Shown here: one piece after another, positions 14,704-30,987 of the stretch | Position numbering within the stretch: the stretch's first letter is position 1 | Layout of the letters: the number at the start of each line of letters is the position of its first letter | NCBI RefSeq assembly: GCF_009914755.1 | Contig: NC_060928.1 | DNA: 64,000 nt | From: the human T2T-CHM13v2.0 reference genome, Homo sapiens | Reading direction: 5' to 3' (one strand) | Position numbers and translations under genes: made by a program | The notes under the pieces: generated by a model | The model's input: the letters and a program-made list of their open reading frames with translations, nothing else | Told to the model about the DNA's origin: nothing | Database searches by the model: none

Positions 14704-15099
14704 AAAATGGTCCTGGATTTACAATGGTTTGACTTACAATTTTTTTGACTTTATAGTGGTGCAAAAGTGATATGCATTCAATAGAAACTAAACTTTCTTG
14801 AATTTTGATCTTTTTCCGATTTGGCAATATAATATAAGATACCCTCTTGTGATGCTCGCAGCTCCCAGTCAGCCATGCAAGCGATCACAAGGGTAAACAG
14901 CTGAGATTCTGCAGTGTGCTCTGCTGCCAGATGATCTTGCCCAATTGTAGGCTAATGTAAATATTCTGAGCATGTTTAAGGTAGGCTGGACTAAGCTGTG
15001 ATGTTTGGTGGTTAAGCATATTACGTGCATTTTTGACATGACATTTTCAATTTATGATAGATTTATGTGCATACAATCCTATTATAAGAGGAGCATCTG
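14704..15099 (-). mobile_element. MER47-type TcMar-Tigger nonautonomous DNA transposon
   Basis: Ends atggtcctggatttacaatgg and gaggagcatctg; internal tgtaggctaatgtaa...ctgagcatgtttaaggtaggct. Confidence 0.8.
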
Positions 15100-15624
15100 C
15101 ATAGATATTCACAACCCATGGGGAAAGTAATAATACAAAAATTCCAAAAATATTTTTTTCTTACCCTAGATTCATATTTTTTTTTTTTAGTTAAAAACTA
15201 ATGTGTCCTTTAGTGAACTACTGAGAGGAGTTAATTAATGGTTTTTTGACAAGTCTCGGTAAAACTCTTTGGTGGACTTTCTTGAAATAATGAAAGTGAG
15301 GGACTTAAATGAGAAGCAAATGTGTCTGCAAGTAAGGTTTGCCATGCTTTGCATTCTATGAGATTAAAGGAGGATGTTAGCATTGTCAATTGATGGAGAG
15401 GCCTAAAATATCTTTAATTATAGATTGTTATGTATAATTTTACACACATTTCCTTGTAGAAGTTCCAACAATATAGTGACATTGGTAATATATTTCTGAC
15501 ATTTCTATCTACTGAATAATATGCATTAGATTTCTCAGAATTTGCATCCATAAATGTGAAAGTGAATAAGTTGGATGCTGAATTCTGTCTCAATTTGCAC
15601 AAAGTAGTATTTAAAAACAAACAT

Positions 15625-16308
15625 TCAAAACATAATAGATGTTGGCAAGGTTGTGGAGAAAAAGCAAGTCATACACTGTTGGTGAGAATGTAAATTAGTT
15701 CAGCCACTGTGGAAAGCAGTTTGGTGATTTCCCAAAGAACTAAAAATTAGAACTATAATTCCACAGGTATTGCTAGATTACTAATATCCCATTACTAGAT
15801 ATATACCCAAAGAAAAATAAATAATTCTACCAAAAATACACATGTACTCATATGTTCCTCACAGCACTATTCACAATAGCAAGTACATGGAATCAAACTA
15901 GGTGGCTATCAATGGTGGATAGGATAAAGAAAATGTGGAACATATATACAGTAGAATACTACACAGCCATAAGAAAGAACAAAATCAGATCCTTTGCAGC
16001 AATATCAATGCAGCAGGAGGCCATTATCCTAAGCAAATGAATGCAGAAAGAGAAAACCATATAACGCATGTTCTGACTTATAAGTGGGAGCTAAACTTTG
16101 GGTACACATGGACATAAAGATGGGAACAATAGACACTGGATAATACAAGAAGAGGGAAGGAGGGAAGGTAGCAGGGGTTGAAAAAAACTACCTATTGGAT
16201 ACTAAGCTCACTACCTGGGTGATGGATTCATCATACCCCAAACCTTAGCATCAGACACATGTGCCCACTGAATCTAAAATAAAAGTTGAAAAAATAAACA
16301 AAATAAAA
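15625..16308 (+). mobile_element. L1PA16/17-like 3' end
   Basis: ORF2 C-terminus (ALFTIASTWNQ) and 3' UTR ending gaatctaaaataaaagttgaaaaaa. Confidence 0.85.
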
Positions 16309-16875
16309 CAGTATTAACTCTAAAAAATAAATATATACATAAACACATGTTAAATATATAAATAAATATATAAAACAAATTTAAAAATATATTAAATAAA
16401 TATATCAAAAAGCAGAGATATTAACTAATTGGGAGGTGCCCCATTCATTTTAATAAAAATAAATTTTAATATAATTTGACTTTAGTATTTATTAATATTT
16501 ATAATGTATATTTTATTTTGACTGCCAGTTGTTAACTAATGATAATTGTAATGTCTATGCTGAAGACATTTGTTAATACTTAGAATTTAATAATATATTT
16601 TAATAAGTTAATATTTCTCTCTATATATACACCTAATTGTATCAGCAAAGCATGATAAAGTGATTATTAGAAGGCTTTTGTAAGAATAAAATGTTGTTGC
16701 AAAGTGGAACAGAGACATTAGTTCAAGGAGAAAAAGGAAATGATTTAATATTTCTGTTAAATGAGAGCTTAGCCATGTATTTTTAAAATTGATAATGGTT
16801 AGTATCACATTTCTATAGGATTTTGATTCCACTAGAAATAATTTTTTTTCTTTTTTTATGCCTGCAGACTACATG

Positions 16876-19482
<2,607 letters not shown>

Positions 19483-21020
19483 CAGACACACAGACCAATG
19501 AAATAGATTTGAGAACTCAGTAATAAATTAATACATCTATAGGGAACTAATTTTTAGCAAAGTTGCCAAGAACATACACTGGGGAAAGGACCCTCTCTTC
19601 AATAAATGGTGCTATGAAAACTGGATATCTGTATACATAGGGATAAAACTAGACCCCTTCTATTGCTTTATACAAAAATCAGATAAAAATGGATTGTAGA
19701 CATAAATCTAAGACCTCGAACTATGAAACTACTAAGAGAAAACATTGAGGAAACTCTCCAGATATGGGTCTTGGCAAAAAATTCTTGAGTAATACCCCAA
19801 AGCACAGGCAACAAAAGCAAAAATGGACAGATGGGATGGGATCACATCGAGTTAAAATGCTTCTGCATAGAAAAAGAAACAATGAAAAAGTGAAGAGACG
19901 ACCCACAGAATGGGAGAAAATATTTGCAAACAACCCATCTGAAGACAGTTTAATACTCAGAATATATGAGGAGCCAGAAGAACTCAATAGAGAAAAATCT
20001 ACTAATTTAGTTAAAAACGGGCAAAAGATTTGAGTAGGTATTTCTTAAAAGAAGACAAACATATGGCATACAGATGTATGAAAAGACGCTCAATGTCAGT
20101 GATCATCAGAGAAACACAAATCAAAACTAAAATAAAATATCTCACACTCGATAAAATGACGTATATCCAAAAGACAAGCAATAACAAATGCTGATGAGGA
20201 TGAGGAGAAAAGGGAACCCTTGTACACTGTTGGTGGAATTGTAAATTAGTGTAGCCACTATAGGGAACAGTATAAAGGTTCCTCAAAAAACTAAAAATGG
20301 AACTACCATATTATCCAGCAATTCCCACTGCTGGGTATATACCCAAAAGAAAGGAAATGAGTATATCAAAGAGATATCTGCACTTTATGTTTGTTGCAGC
20401 ACTGTTCACAATAGCTAAGATTTGGAAGTAACCTAAGTGTCCATCAACAGATGAATGGATAAAGAAAATGTGGTACATATACACAACGGAATACTATTCA
20501 TTTATAAAAAAGAATGAGATCCTGTCATTTGCAGCATCATAGATGGGACTGGGGAACATTATGTTAAGTGAAATAAGCCAGGCACAGAAAGACAAATTTT
20601 ACATGTTATCACTTATGTGTGGGAGTTAAAAATTAAAGCAATTGAAATCATGGAGATAGAGAGTAAAATTATGGTTCCCAGAGGCTGGGAAGGGTAATAC
20701 AGAGAAGCAGGGAAAGGTAGGGACTGTTAGTGGGTTTAAATATATAGTTAGATTGAATGAATTAGATCCAGCATTGCTAGCACAATAGGGTGACTATAGT
20801 CAACAATAATATTTTGTACATTTAAAAATAACTAAGAGTATAATTGGAATGTTTTTAATATAAAGAAGTGATCAATGTTTGAGATGATGGATACTCTATT
20901 TACTCTGGTGTGATTATTACACATTGTATGCCTGTATCAAAGTATTTCCTGTACCTCATAAATATGTACACTTCCTATGCACCCATACAAATTTAAAAAT
21001 TTAAATAAAATAAAAAATAA
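19483..21020 (+). mobile_element. L1MA2/3-type 3' portion
   Basis: ORF2 end (KRRPTEWEKIFAN), L1MA 3' UTR and A-rich tail. Confidence 0.88.
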
Positions 21021-23704
21021 ATATCCCTCTATTGTACATATGGTTTTTAGTCCATTGCTTCTGCTCATATATTTATCTTTTTTGCAACTTTGTTTGGGTT
21101 TAATTGGCTAAAATTTTTTCTTGCTTCTTCCAATCAGATCTTAGATTGATGATTTTCAACCTTTCTTCTTGTCCTATATAATCATTTAAAGCTGTAATTT
21201 CCCCCCAACCATTATTTTAGCTGTATCTTATAAGTCCTGAAACAACATTTTCAATAGTATTAGGTACAATATGATTTCTTGTTTGCATGTGTTAAGATGC
21301 TAAGAATATAAATAGCCTGTGAGACCCTTGGTGAGAATATATGTAAAATTTCTCTTACTTGAAATAAGTGGACTTCTTTAGTAAACACATAGGTGTCACA
21401 ATTCTGTGTGTAGAGAGCATTTCCTTATTTTTAGGGTAAAACATGGGATACCAAGACTGTGAGTTGCTGTGAGAATTATTATATTGAAACATAAGCCATT
21501 TCCCAAAATGATTAAAGTCATTTATCAGTGGTTTATGACAGAAGGATCAATTAAATGATGCTACACCTAAATTTTCTAAAGAAAACCAGTAGATTTAATG
21601 ACATTACTTTAAAGGTGCAGATTCAAAGAAGCTTGTGAAAGGCCAAGAGCAAAGATGTTATTTCTAGTTCAGCTGTGAAAATATCATTTAGGAAAGTTGT
21701 TTATCATGCTGTTTATAGCACACAGTAGCCCAGAGAAATTTACATATCACTCAACACTTCACTATTATAAACCCTTCTTGTACAGACAAAAATGCTAACT
21801 TCTAGAGAAGAAATACAGATTTGATCATTAGAAGACCTAAAGACACATATAGTTAATTGAGGAAAGCCAACAATGAAGGCCTAAATCTCAAAGAGCTGCA
21901 ACATAATGCATTTAAACTTCACATTTGCACATTATATCATGAGGGCAAATTATCGTATCTTGTAGAGAACACCAGAGAAAAATATCCGCTCAAACAGGGC
22001 TCTAGATAATCACTCAATTGGACAAAATAAATTATAACTTCATTATACCATTAAATCCTCTAACTTACTTAGGACTTAACCCTTTCTATCATGTGCCACT
22101 ATGAGATTCTTCTTCAAGAAGAATCATTACCTTGTTCAAACCATTTGTCTTTCCATTACTTATGATTACGCAGAGGTGCCCTTTCTCTGCCCTTTTATTT
22201 CCAGTAAGTCAGCTATAATTACCAAAAAGTTTCCTGTCTGCAACATCACTGCATCACTAAAAGCAATAGACCTTTATCAGGCTATCTAGTTAATCTTAGC
22301 CATAATGACAGAACTTGTAATATTATAAAATTAAATCCATTTTATAGCTCATTTTATAGCTCCAGGGTTAGTTGCAACAATGGTAGCTCCTGTGTGATTA
22401 GATTAACACATCTTTTACTAAACATGTAAAACATTTGTTCAGCTATGTTTTGCTAGTGATTTTAATATTCTTCACCACTTCAATCAATCACTAAGTCATC
22501 TACAATAACTCAAATGGAAATAACAAGAAATACTAGTTATATTTGAACTATGTCTTCTCTGAATTTTGCTGGATACACATGGATATATACACTCACATAA
22601 TAAAGTCTTCATTTAGTTTTAATTCATTTCACATTAGTCTGCCAAAAGATGTCTTCATATTGATTTATTGATACTTAATGACTAAGAGTTTTAGTTTTTC
22701 CCTTTTTATTGGCTTTTCAGTAAAAGGAAACAGCTAGCAGAAACACTATCCCAAAGGAAAAGGAATTATCAATGACTGTTGAACAAGCATTATCTTTATT
22801 TAATGTAGTTTCACTTATAAGAAAGCATTTGAAACCCAGTAAAGTATCCATTTACAAATGTTATTTCAGTTTGCATTTGCAACTTGAATTCAGTTCAATA
22901 AATTAAATGTAAGCAATTGGTCTATTTTCTTTATGGTAAGATTCAGAAAACATAAGACAAGAAAGTTGGGTCTTCTTTAACGTTATATATTAAGTAATCT
23001 GAAGTTAGGTATAAAACATGTTTCCCATGCAGTGCAGTTAGAGAAATCAATAGAAAATAAACAATTTTTAATAACTATGATATGTTCCAATTTAACTTAC
23101 AGTTCCTGTGTATGGCTAGACTTTGTACTCTAGCACTGACATCTGGACAAAAGAACATAAAGACAATAGATATGTGTTTGGGGTCCTCTCTGAGCTTCAG
23201 TGAATTCATTGAAATAATTAATGAATTAATTATATGACAATAAATCAGCAATTTATAAAATCTGGGTCTTTAGCCATTCTCTGTTAATTGGTGATATCAC
23301 TTGCCCAACTCAACTACTTATGAAAATAAGATGATCTACCAGTATGAAAGGGCTTTATCAAGGAAAGGCCTTTATATATGAGATATTATTAAATAAAGTT
23401 TCTCTCCTCATGATTACTAAAATGAGCCCATCCAGCCCTTTGCTTTCAACCCTATTTCTGCAATGAAAATAAATCTTCCATTTCTTTGCATTTCTTGACA
23501 CTACTTTGTCAGGGAGGCCTTTTCTCTTCCTCACAATCCAAATTCCCCTCATCCTTCAAGATTTGTTCTAACTCCCCCTGCATGGACATTTCCCCTACTT
23601 TTCCCCATGTGTACTGATCTCTTTTATTGTATACTCACTGTCCCAACAACAAGAGTCACTTGCATTTTCCGAGTAATATTAAATTATATAAATAATTTTT
23701 TTCT

Positions 23705-24024
23705 TAGGATATCAAAATGGATCATAAACCTAAGTATAAAACTTCACCAAAGCTAAGAACGTCTATTTTTAAGTAGATATCATTAAACAAATAAAAAGAG
23801 AAGCCATGAACTAGGAGAAAATCTTTGCAGATTCTAACAAATGATTTATCCCCAGAATTTAAAAAGAACTCTCAAAATTCAATACTAAGAAAAGAAACAA
23901 CCTAATAAGAAGTGAGGAAAAGCTTTAAACAAACACTTCATTGAAGATGATATATGAATGACAAATAAGCACATGATAAGATATTCAACATTATCAGTCA
24001 TTAGAGATATAAAAATTGAAACCA
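23705..24024 (+). mobile_element. Old L1M ORF2 fragment
   Basis: aactaggagaaaatctttgca...aacacttcattgaagatgatata...cagtcattagaga. Confidence 0.65.
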
Positions 24025-25370
24025 TCAGTACCTGGCCCAAAGTTAGGCTTGAGAAATGAATATGTTTTGTAAATCAATCAAAAGTCCAATAAATATATTG
24101 AAAGTTAAGATAAAGTGTTTTCCAACCTCTATTTTGAACAATCCCAATGTATCTTGGGTTATTCAAAGATGTGAAAATATCAACTCTAAAATTTAAATTA
24201 TTTTCTGTTTAACTTAGGATAATAAATAAATGCCAAAAAGTATTCTTATAAATAGGAAAATGTTGAACATTTTATAATAGAGAAGTAGTGAACCATTATG
24301 ATAAGTAAAGGGGTCAGATTATATAAAAATGTTTTCCATTGACACCTAATTACTTTGCATGATTTGATGTGAAATATTATTGTATTTCAGCTATCATCTA
24401 CTCAAGGGAATCACTTTATGTGAATGTAACACCATCCATCATCTTGTTAGTTTAGTCCAGTTTTTATTGTCTCTTATGAACATTCATAGCCTTTTCCCAA
24501 ACAAATGATGCCAGGAGAAAGCAATACCTCCAATACATATGACCTTAAGAGCACCATGATATTAAATAGTTGATTTTCTGACTTGGTCTTGAGTAAAAGG
24601 TATCTCTATCTCTAATTTAGTTTAATCAGACTGGCCTGGTTCTTTAAGAGTTGAGAAAGAGGAAATGTCTGCTCTATAAAATGGGGTTTCTAATCTGGCA
24701 AGTAACTGTTTTAAAATGTTTACTCTGCCTTTTTGCTCATCTGTATTTGACTGAAAATGATTTGATCAGTGAGGTGAACATTGAAGGGAAATAAAAAAGC
24801 AGATAGAAAAGAGAAAACAGGAAATTAAGAGAGGTAAGTGCATGGAAAAATAAGGAGCTAAATATTATAATGTATTCATTTTAAATAAGATTATTATAAA
24901 GCTATGTATTTAAAGGTATATTATATGAAAGAGGAAATGTATTTTAAAAATACCAAACTTCATTTATTACCAAGAGAGCAGAAAAAAAACAGAAAAACAT
25001 AAGGATGTGTTAAGGAGGAGAGAAGTTCTAAAACAAAACTTTTTTTCAACTTTTCAAATTTTTTATGTCATTAGAAGGCAAAAAAAGGCAGCAGCCAGCT
25101 AGAGGCAGACTCCTTTCTTCCCAAGCTGAATATACTACTTGAATATATGAATATGTGAAGGCTTTGGCTAACACCCTAAAGGGGGCATTCTGCAATAAAC
25201 AACCTGATACCCTTTTGTCTTGTCACACAATACCAAAACTCTTCACAATAATTTTAAGATATGCTCTGCTGTTTTGTACACAGGTAAAGTTCCCACTATT
25301 GTATTTGTAAGAACAGGTCGAGCACACTTCGTTTAAGTGGAAGAGCTCTGTTCACTAGGTAGTTCTTAAT

Positions 25371-27242
25371 TTCCTTTTCTTTTTTTTAACTTTTATTTCA
25401 GTTTTGGGGGTACACGTGAAGGTTTGCTACATAGGTAAACATGTGTCATGGAGGTTTGTTGTATATATTATTTCATCGCCCAGGTATTAAGCCTAGTACT
25501 CAATAGTTATCTTTTCTGTTCCTCTCCTCCTACCCTCAAGTAGACCCCAGTGTCTGTTGTTTCCTTCTTTATGTTCATATATTCTTATGATTTAGTGTCC
25601 ACTTACAAGTGAGAACATGCAATATTTGTTTTTCTGTTTCTACGTTAGTTTGCTAAGAATAATAGCCTCCACCTCCATCCCTGCTCCAGTAAAAGACATG
25701 ATCTCATTATTTTTTATGGCTCCATAGTATTCCATGGTGTATACATACCATATTTTCTTTATCCAGTCTATCATTGCTGGGCATTTAGGTTGATTCCATG
25801 TCTTTGCTTTTGTGGATGGTGCTACAATGAACATTCACACGTATGTGTCTTTATGGTAGAATGATTTGTATTCCTCTGAGTATATACCCAATAATAAGAT
25901 TGCTGGGTTGAATGGTACTTCTGATTTTAGCTCTTTGGGGAATCACCATGATGCTTTCCACAGTGGTTGAACCAATTTACACTCCTACCAACATTGTATA
26001 CGTTTTCCCTTTTCTCTGCAACCTCACCAGCCTCTATTATTTTTTTACTTTTTAATAATAGCCATTCTGAATGGCATGAGATGGTATCTCATTGTGATTC
26101 TGATTTGCATTTCCCTAATGGTCAGTGATATTGAGCTTTTTTTCATATGCTTGTTGGCCTCATGTATGTCTTATTTTTTGGTTTCATATGAATTTTAAAA
26201 TATTTTTTTCCAGTTCTGTGAAGAATGTCATTGGTAGTTTGATAGGAATAGCATTGAGTCTGTACATTGCTTTGCGTTGTATAGCCATTTTAATAATATT
26301 GATTCTTCCTATCCATGAACATGGGATGTTTTTCCATATGTTTGTGTCTTCTCTGATTTCTTTGAGCAGTGTTTTGTAATGCTCATTGTAGAGATATTTC
26401 ACCTCTCTGGTTAGCTGTATTCCTAGGTATTTTATTCTGTTTGTGGCAATTGTGAATGGGATGCCTTTCTGATTTGGCTCTCAGTTGGGCTGTCATTGGT
26501 GTATAGGAATGCTGGTGATTTTTCTACATTGATTTTGTATCCTGAAACTTTGCTAAAGTTGTTTATCATCTGGAGCTTTTGGACTGAGACTATGGGGTTT
26601 TCCAGATATAGAATCATGTCATCTGCAAACAGAGATAGCTTGACTTTATCTCTTCTTATTTGGATGCCTGTTATTTCTTTCTCTTGCCTGATTGCTCTAA
26701 CCAGGACTTCCAATAATATGTTGAATAGAAGTGGTGAGATAGACAATTCTTGTCTTGTGCCAGTTTTCAAAGGGGAATGCTTCCAGCTTTTTCCCATCAG
26801 TATCATGTTGGCTGTGGGTTTATCATAGGTGGTTGTTATTATTTTAAGGTATATCCCTTCAGTACCTAGTTCATTCAGAGTTTTTAATATTAAGGGGTGT
26901 TTAGTTTTATCAAAAGCTTTTGCTGCATCTATTGAGATGATCATGCATTTTTGTCTTTAGTTCTGTTTATGTGATGAATTGCATCTATCGATTTGCATAT
27001 GTTGGACCAACCTTGCATCCTGGAAATGAAGCCTATTTGATCATGGTGGATTTGCTTTTTGCAACTATTTTGTTGTGGATTTTTACATCGATGTGTATCA
27101 AGGATACTGGCCTGAAGTTTTCTTTTTTTGTTGTGTCTCTGACAGGTTTTGTTATCAAGATAATGCTGACTTCATAGAATGACTTGGGAAGGAGCCCCTC
27201 CTCATTTTTTTTGGAATAGTTTCTGTAGGAATGTATTAGCTC
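25371..27242 (-). mobile_element. L1PA13-like 5'-truncated LINE with internal deletion
   Basis: 3' UTR ccctcaagtagaccccagtgtc; ORF2 peptides [32 protein letters not shown]. Confidence 0.9.
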
Positions 27243-27436
27243 AAATTTTTCAATGCAATCTTTAAAAAGTAAAATTCAAAACACACAACAGCTTAATAAG
27301 AGAGTAGAGATTTTGGATTATTTTTAGGTGGTTCCTCATCCCCAATTTTTTTTAGAGATTAATTTAAAACAAAATAACCCAATGTGCATTTTAGAGTGTA
27401 TGTATGTATATTATTTATATATATTAATTTAATAGT

Positions 27437-27965
27437 GATCCTTTGCTGGATACATACCTGAAAGAAAATAAAACATGCTACCAGAAAGACACATGCACTT
27501 GTATGCACATTGCTATGCTATTCATAATAACAAAGACATAGAATCAATGTGAGTGCCCATGAATGATAGATTGGATAAGAAAAATGTGTAAATGTTTACC
27601 ATGGAATACTATGCAGCAATGAAAAACAACAAAATCATGTCCCTTGCAGCAACATGGATGCAGATGAAGGATATAATCCTAAGCAAATTAATGCAGGAAC
27701 AGAAAACCAAATACTGCATGTTTTTACTTATAAGTGGGAGTTAAGCATTGAGCACACATGGACATAAATATGGGAAAAAAGACACAGGTGACTACTAGAA
27801 GATGGAGGGACGTGGGTGGGTTAAAAAAAAAACTACTTATTCGATACTATGCTCACTACCGGGGTGATGAGATTTGTACTCCAAACCCCAGCATTATGCG
27901 GTATTCCCATGTAACAAATCTGCACGTGTACTCCCAGTATCTAAAATAAAATGTGAAATTAAAAG
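27437..27965 (+). mobile_element. L1PA16/17-like 3' end
   Basis: gcagcaacatggatgcag...tactatgctcactacc...tctaaaataaaa. Confidence 0.85.
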
Positions 27966-28084
27966 AGACATTATTTTGGCTTTAATTTTTAAAAATATTT
28001 TGGCACCTACCAAAATATTTAATTGGTAATGCAGTTATGCTATGGGGCTATGGAGCTACCACTATACTATAAAGATTATGCTGA

Positions 28085-28592
28085 AAGGTTATCTATTGTG
28101 TCATAATGTATTGTCCCAAAACTTTGTGGCCTAAAACAACACAGATTTATTATCTACTGTTTTCTGTGGGTCAGGAATTGAGACATGAGTTACAATTGTC
28201 CTCTGCTTTAGGGTCTGTCACAGAGCTGTAATCAAGACTCAACTGTGAAAAGTTCTGCTTGCATGGCCATTGGCACTTCTTGTGGTTTGTTGGACTGTTG
28301 ACCACAGTTCTTTGCTGATTATTGATTGAAGGCCTCCCTCAATTCATTGCCTTGTGGGCTTCACTATACGTCAGCTCATAGCATGACAGCTTGCAAGTCA
28401 GAGTGTGAGCAAGTAAATAATCAATCTCTTATAATTTGAACTCTGAATTGACATCCCATCACTTTTTCCATACTCTACTCATTAGGAGAAAGTTAGGTGG
28501 ACCAGCCTATACACAAAGAGAGGGGGTTACATAGAATATGAATATCAGGAGACAGGGATCACTGAGAATCATGTCAGAAGCTGCCTACCGCA
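28085..28592 (-). mobile_element. MLT1-type MaLR solo LTR
   Basis: taaaacaacacagatttattatct...tctgtgggtcaggaatt; terminal gctgcctaccgca is the reverse complement of the TG start. Confidence 0.75.
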
Positions 28593-30642
28593 TATAAAAG
28601 AAACACTACATCATAGGCCACCTATAATCCATCAGCAGCAGTAGCATCTTGAAGGATACTAAATGTTTATTGATTCCTTCCAATGTACAGTGCATTGGTC
28701 TCAAGTGTTAAGATACAAATAATACTGTCAGTTTTTAAGAAAGACAACTGCAAACACAGATGAATTTTACCCTAAATATATGTTTCCTTTTTGAATAAAA
28801 TAGTAATTTAATAAATAAGAATATTGAAATTGTATATTTGAATATTCAAATTTAGGAAAGATGTATTAGTGTATTCTTTAGAATGTGGTTAGATTTAACT
28901 TTTTAGAATTCAGCTAGTGACACAGGAATACAAAGTGCTGAAAAATATTACAATTCCATATGAACTGATTTGTGTGGTACCTGAGTCAAAGATGTATTAT
29001 GATGCATAAACTCAAAAAGCTTTTTACGCTGTAATGGTAAATGCCATTACCAAGTTGTGTGTTTCTGTTTTTCATAGAATTCCATGCTAAAAATGAGCTT
29101 TTTTGGATATGCCACTTTGAGCTATATTTTTCTTTACAGCATTCCAAAAGAATAGGAGTTTAAATATGAGAAACATATAATACAAAGAGCTATATTTGTA
29201 AATGTAATGTACATAGACCTAATTTATAGTAGCTACATAGAAAGCCAATTAGTTGATCCTAAATTTTAGTTTCTTTAGAATCCAGAAAAGATTGTAAGGT
29301 CTTCTGGGTTCATTATGTTACCTCAATTGTATTTCTGATTTGCTTCCATCGTAGCCTTTATTATTATAGTAGCATTCTAGTTATTTGCTAAATTAATAAA
29401 CTAATGGCCATAATACCTTCCTGGACTAACTCTAGGTCCAGACTACTTTAGGAAAATGAGATTTGACTGCCTTGATTAGAGATAGAACCTAGTAAGAAAT
29501 TTTTTCCTCAGGGGTTGAGCAGTGGCAAATGCTTGAGCAAGAGCTTGGAGCCATGGCCTTTAGAAGAACACTTTTTCTTAAAAACTGCTGACTTTACATT
29601 TAACACTATTCACATCTTTGATATTTCATCAAATACAAATGTCTGGTTTCAGATGAGTCTGGTTTAGAAAAAGAACTTTAAAAAAGGGTAAAGTATTCCA
29701 TTTCTTCTAAAAGAAATAATTCATATATACATAATCAAGTGGTAAATTTATATTTTACATCTAGCTATACTATCATATAACAGGTTGAATAAATAACATA
29801 TCACATCTTTATCAAAAATTAATTGACCATAAATGAATGGATTTATATCTAGGCTCTCTATCCTCTTCCACTGATCTACGTATCTATGTCAGTACCAGAA
29901 TGTTTTGATTATTGTTGCTTTGTTCTTTTTGCCCAAGAACAAATGGCTATTTGTGGTATTTTTGTGGTTTCATATGAATTTTAGGATTACTTTTGCATTT
30001 CTGTAAAAACTATAATTTGAATTTTAATAGAGAATTCAATCTACATTGAATGTGTAGATTGCTTTGAGAGGCATGGGCATTTTAGCAATATTAATTCTTT
30101 CCATTCATGAAGATGAGATGCCTTTCAATTTATTTGTATATTTTAAATTTTCCTTCAAAATATTTTGTAGTTTTCAGCATACAAGTGTTTCACCTCATTA
30201 GAGTTTTCTAATTTCTTCAGGAATTTAGAAAAATAGTATCATTTACAGTAACATTAAATTATAAATTAGATTATATTTCTAATTAAAATAGCACTATTAA
30301 TTTTTAGGTGTTGATTGGTATCCTATAACTTTACAGATTGTTTTTTATTAGTTCTAACTTTTTTTTTTTTTGGTGGAGTCTTTCATGTTTTCTCTGTATA
30401 AGATCATGTTGTCAGCAAACAGAAACAATTTAACATTTTCCTTTTTCATTTGGATGCCTTTTATTGTATTACCTTGCCTAATTGCTCACTACAAATTCCA
30501 GTACTGTGTTGAATAGAAATGTTGACAGTGGGCATTCTTGGTAAGTTCTGGATTGGAGAGAAAAAGCTTTCAATTTTTTCCATTGAGTGTGTTGGTATGA
30601 TGTTAGCTGTGGGCTTGTCATATGTGGTCTTTAATATGTTGA

Positions 30643-30987
<345 letters not shown>

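Noticed and set aside
24825-24840. Consensus donor GAG|gtaagt
   Set aside because: No credible acceptor or open frame upstream
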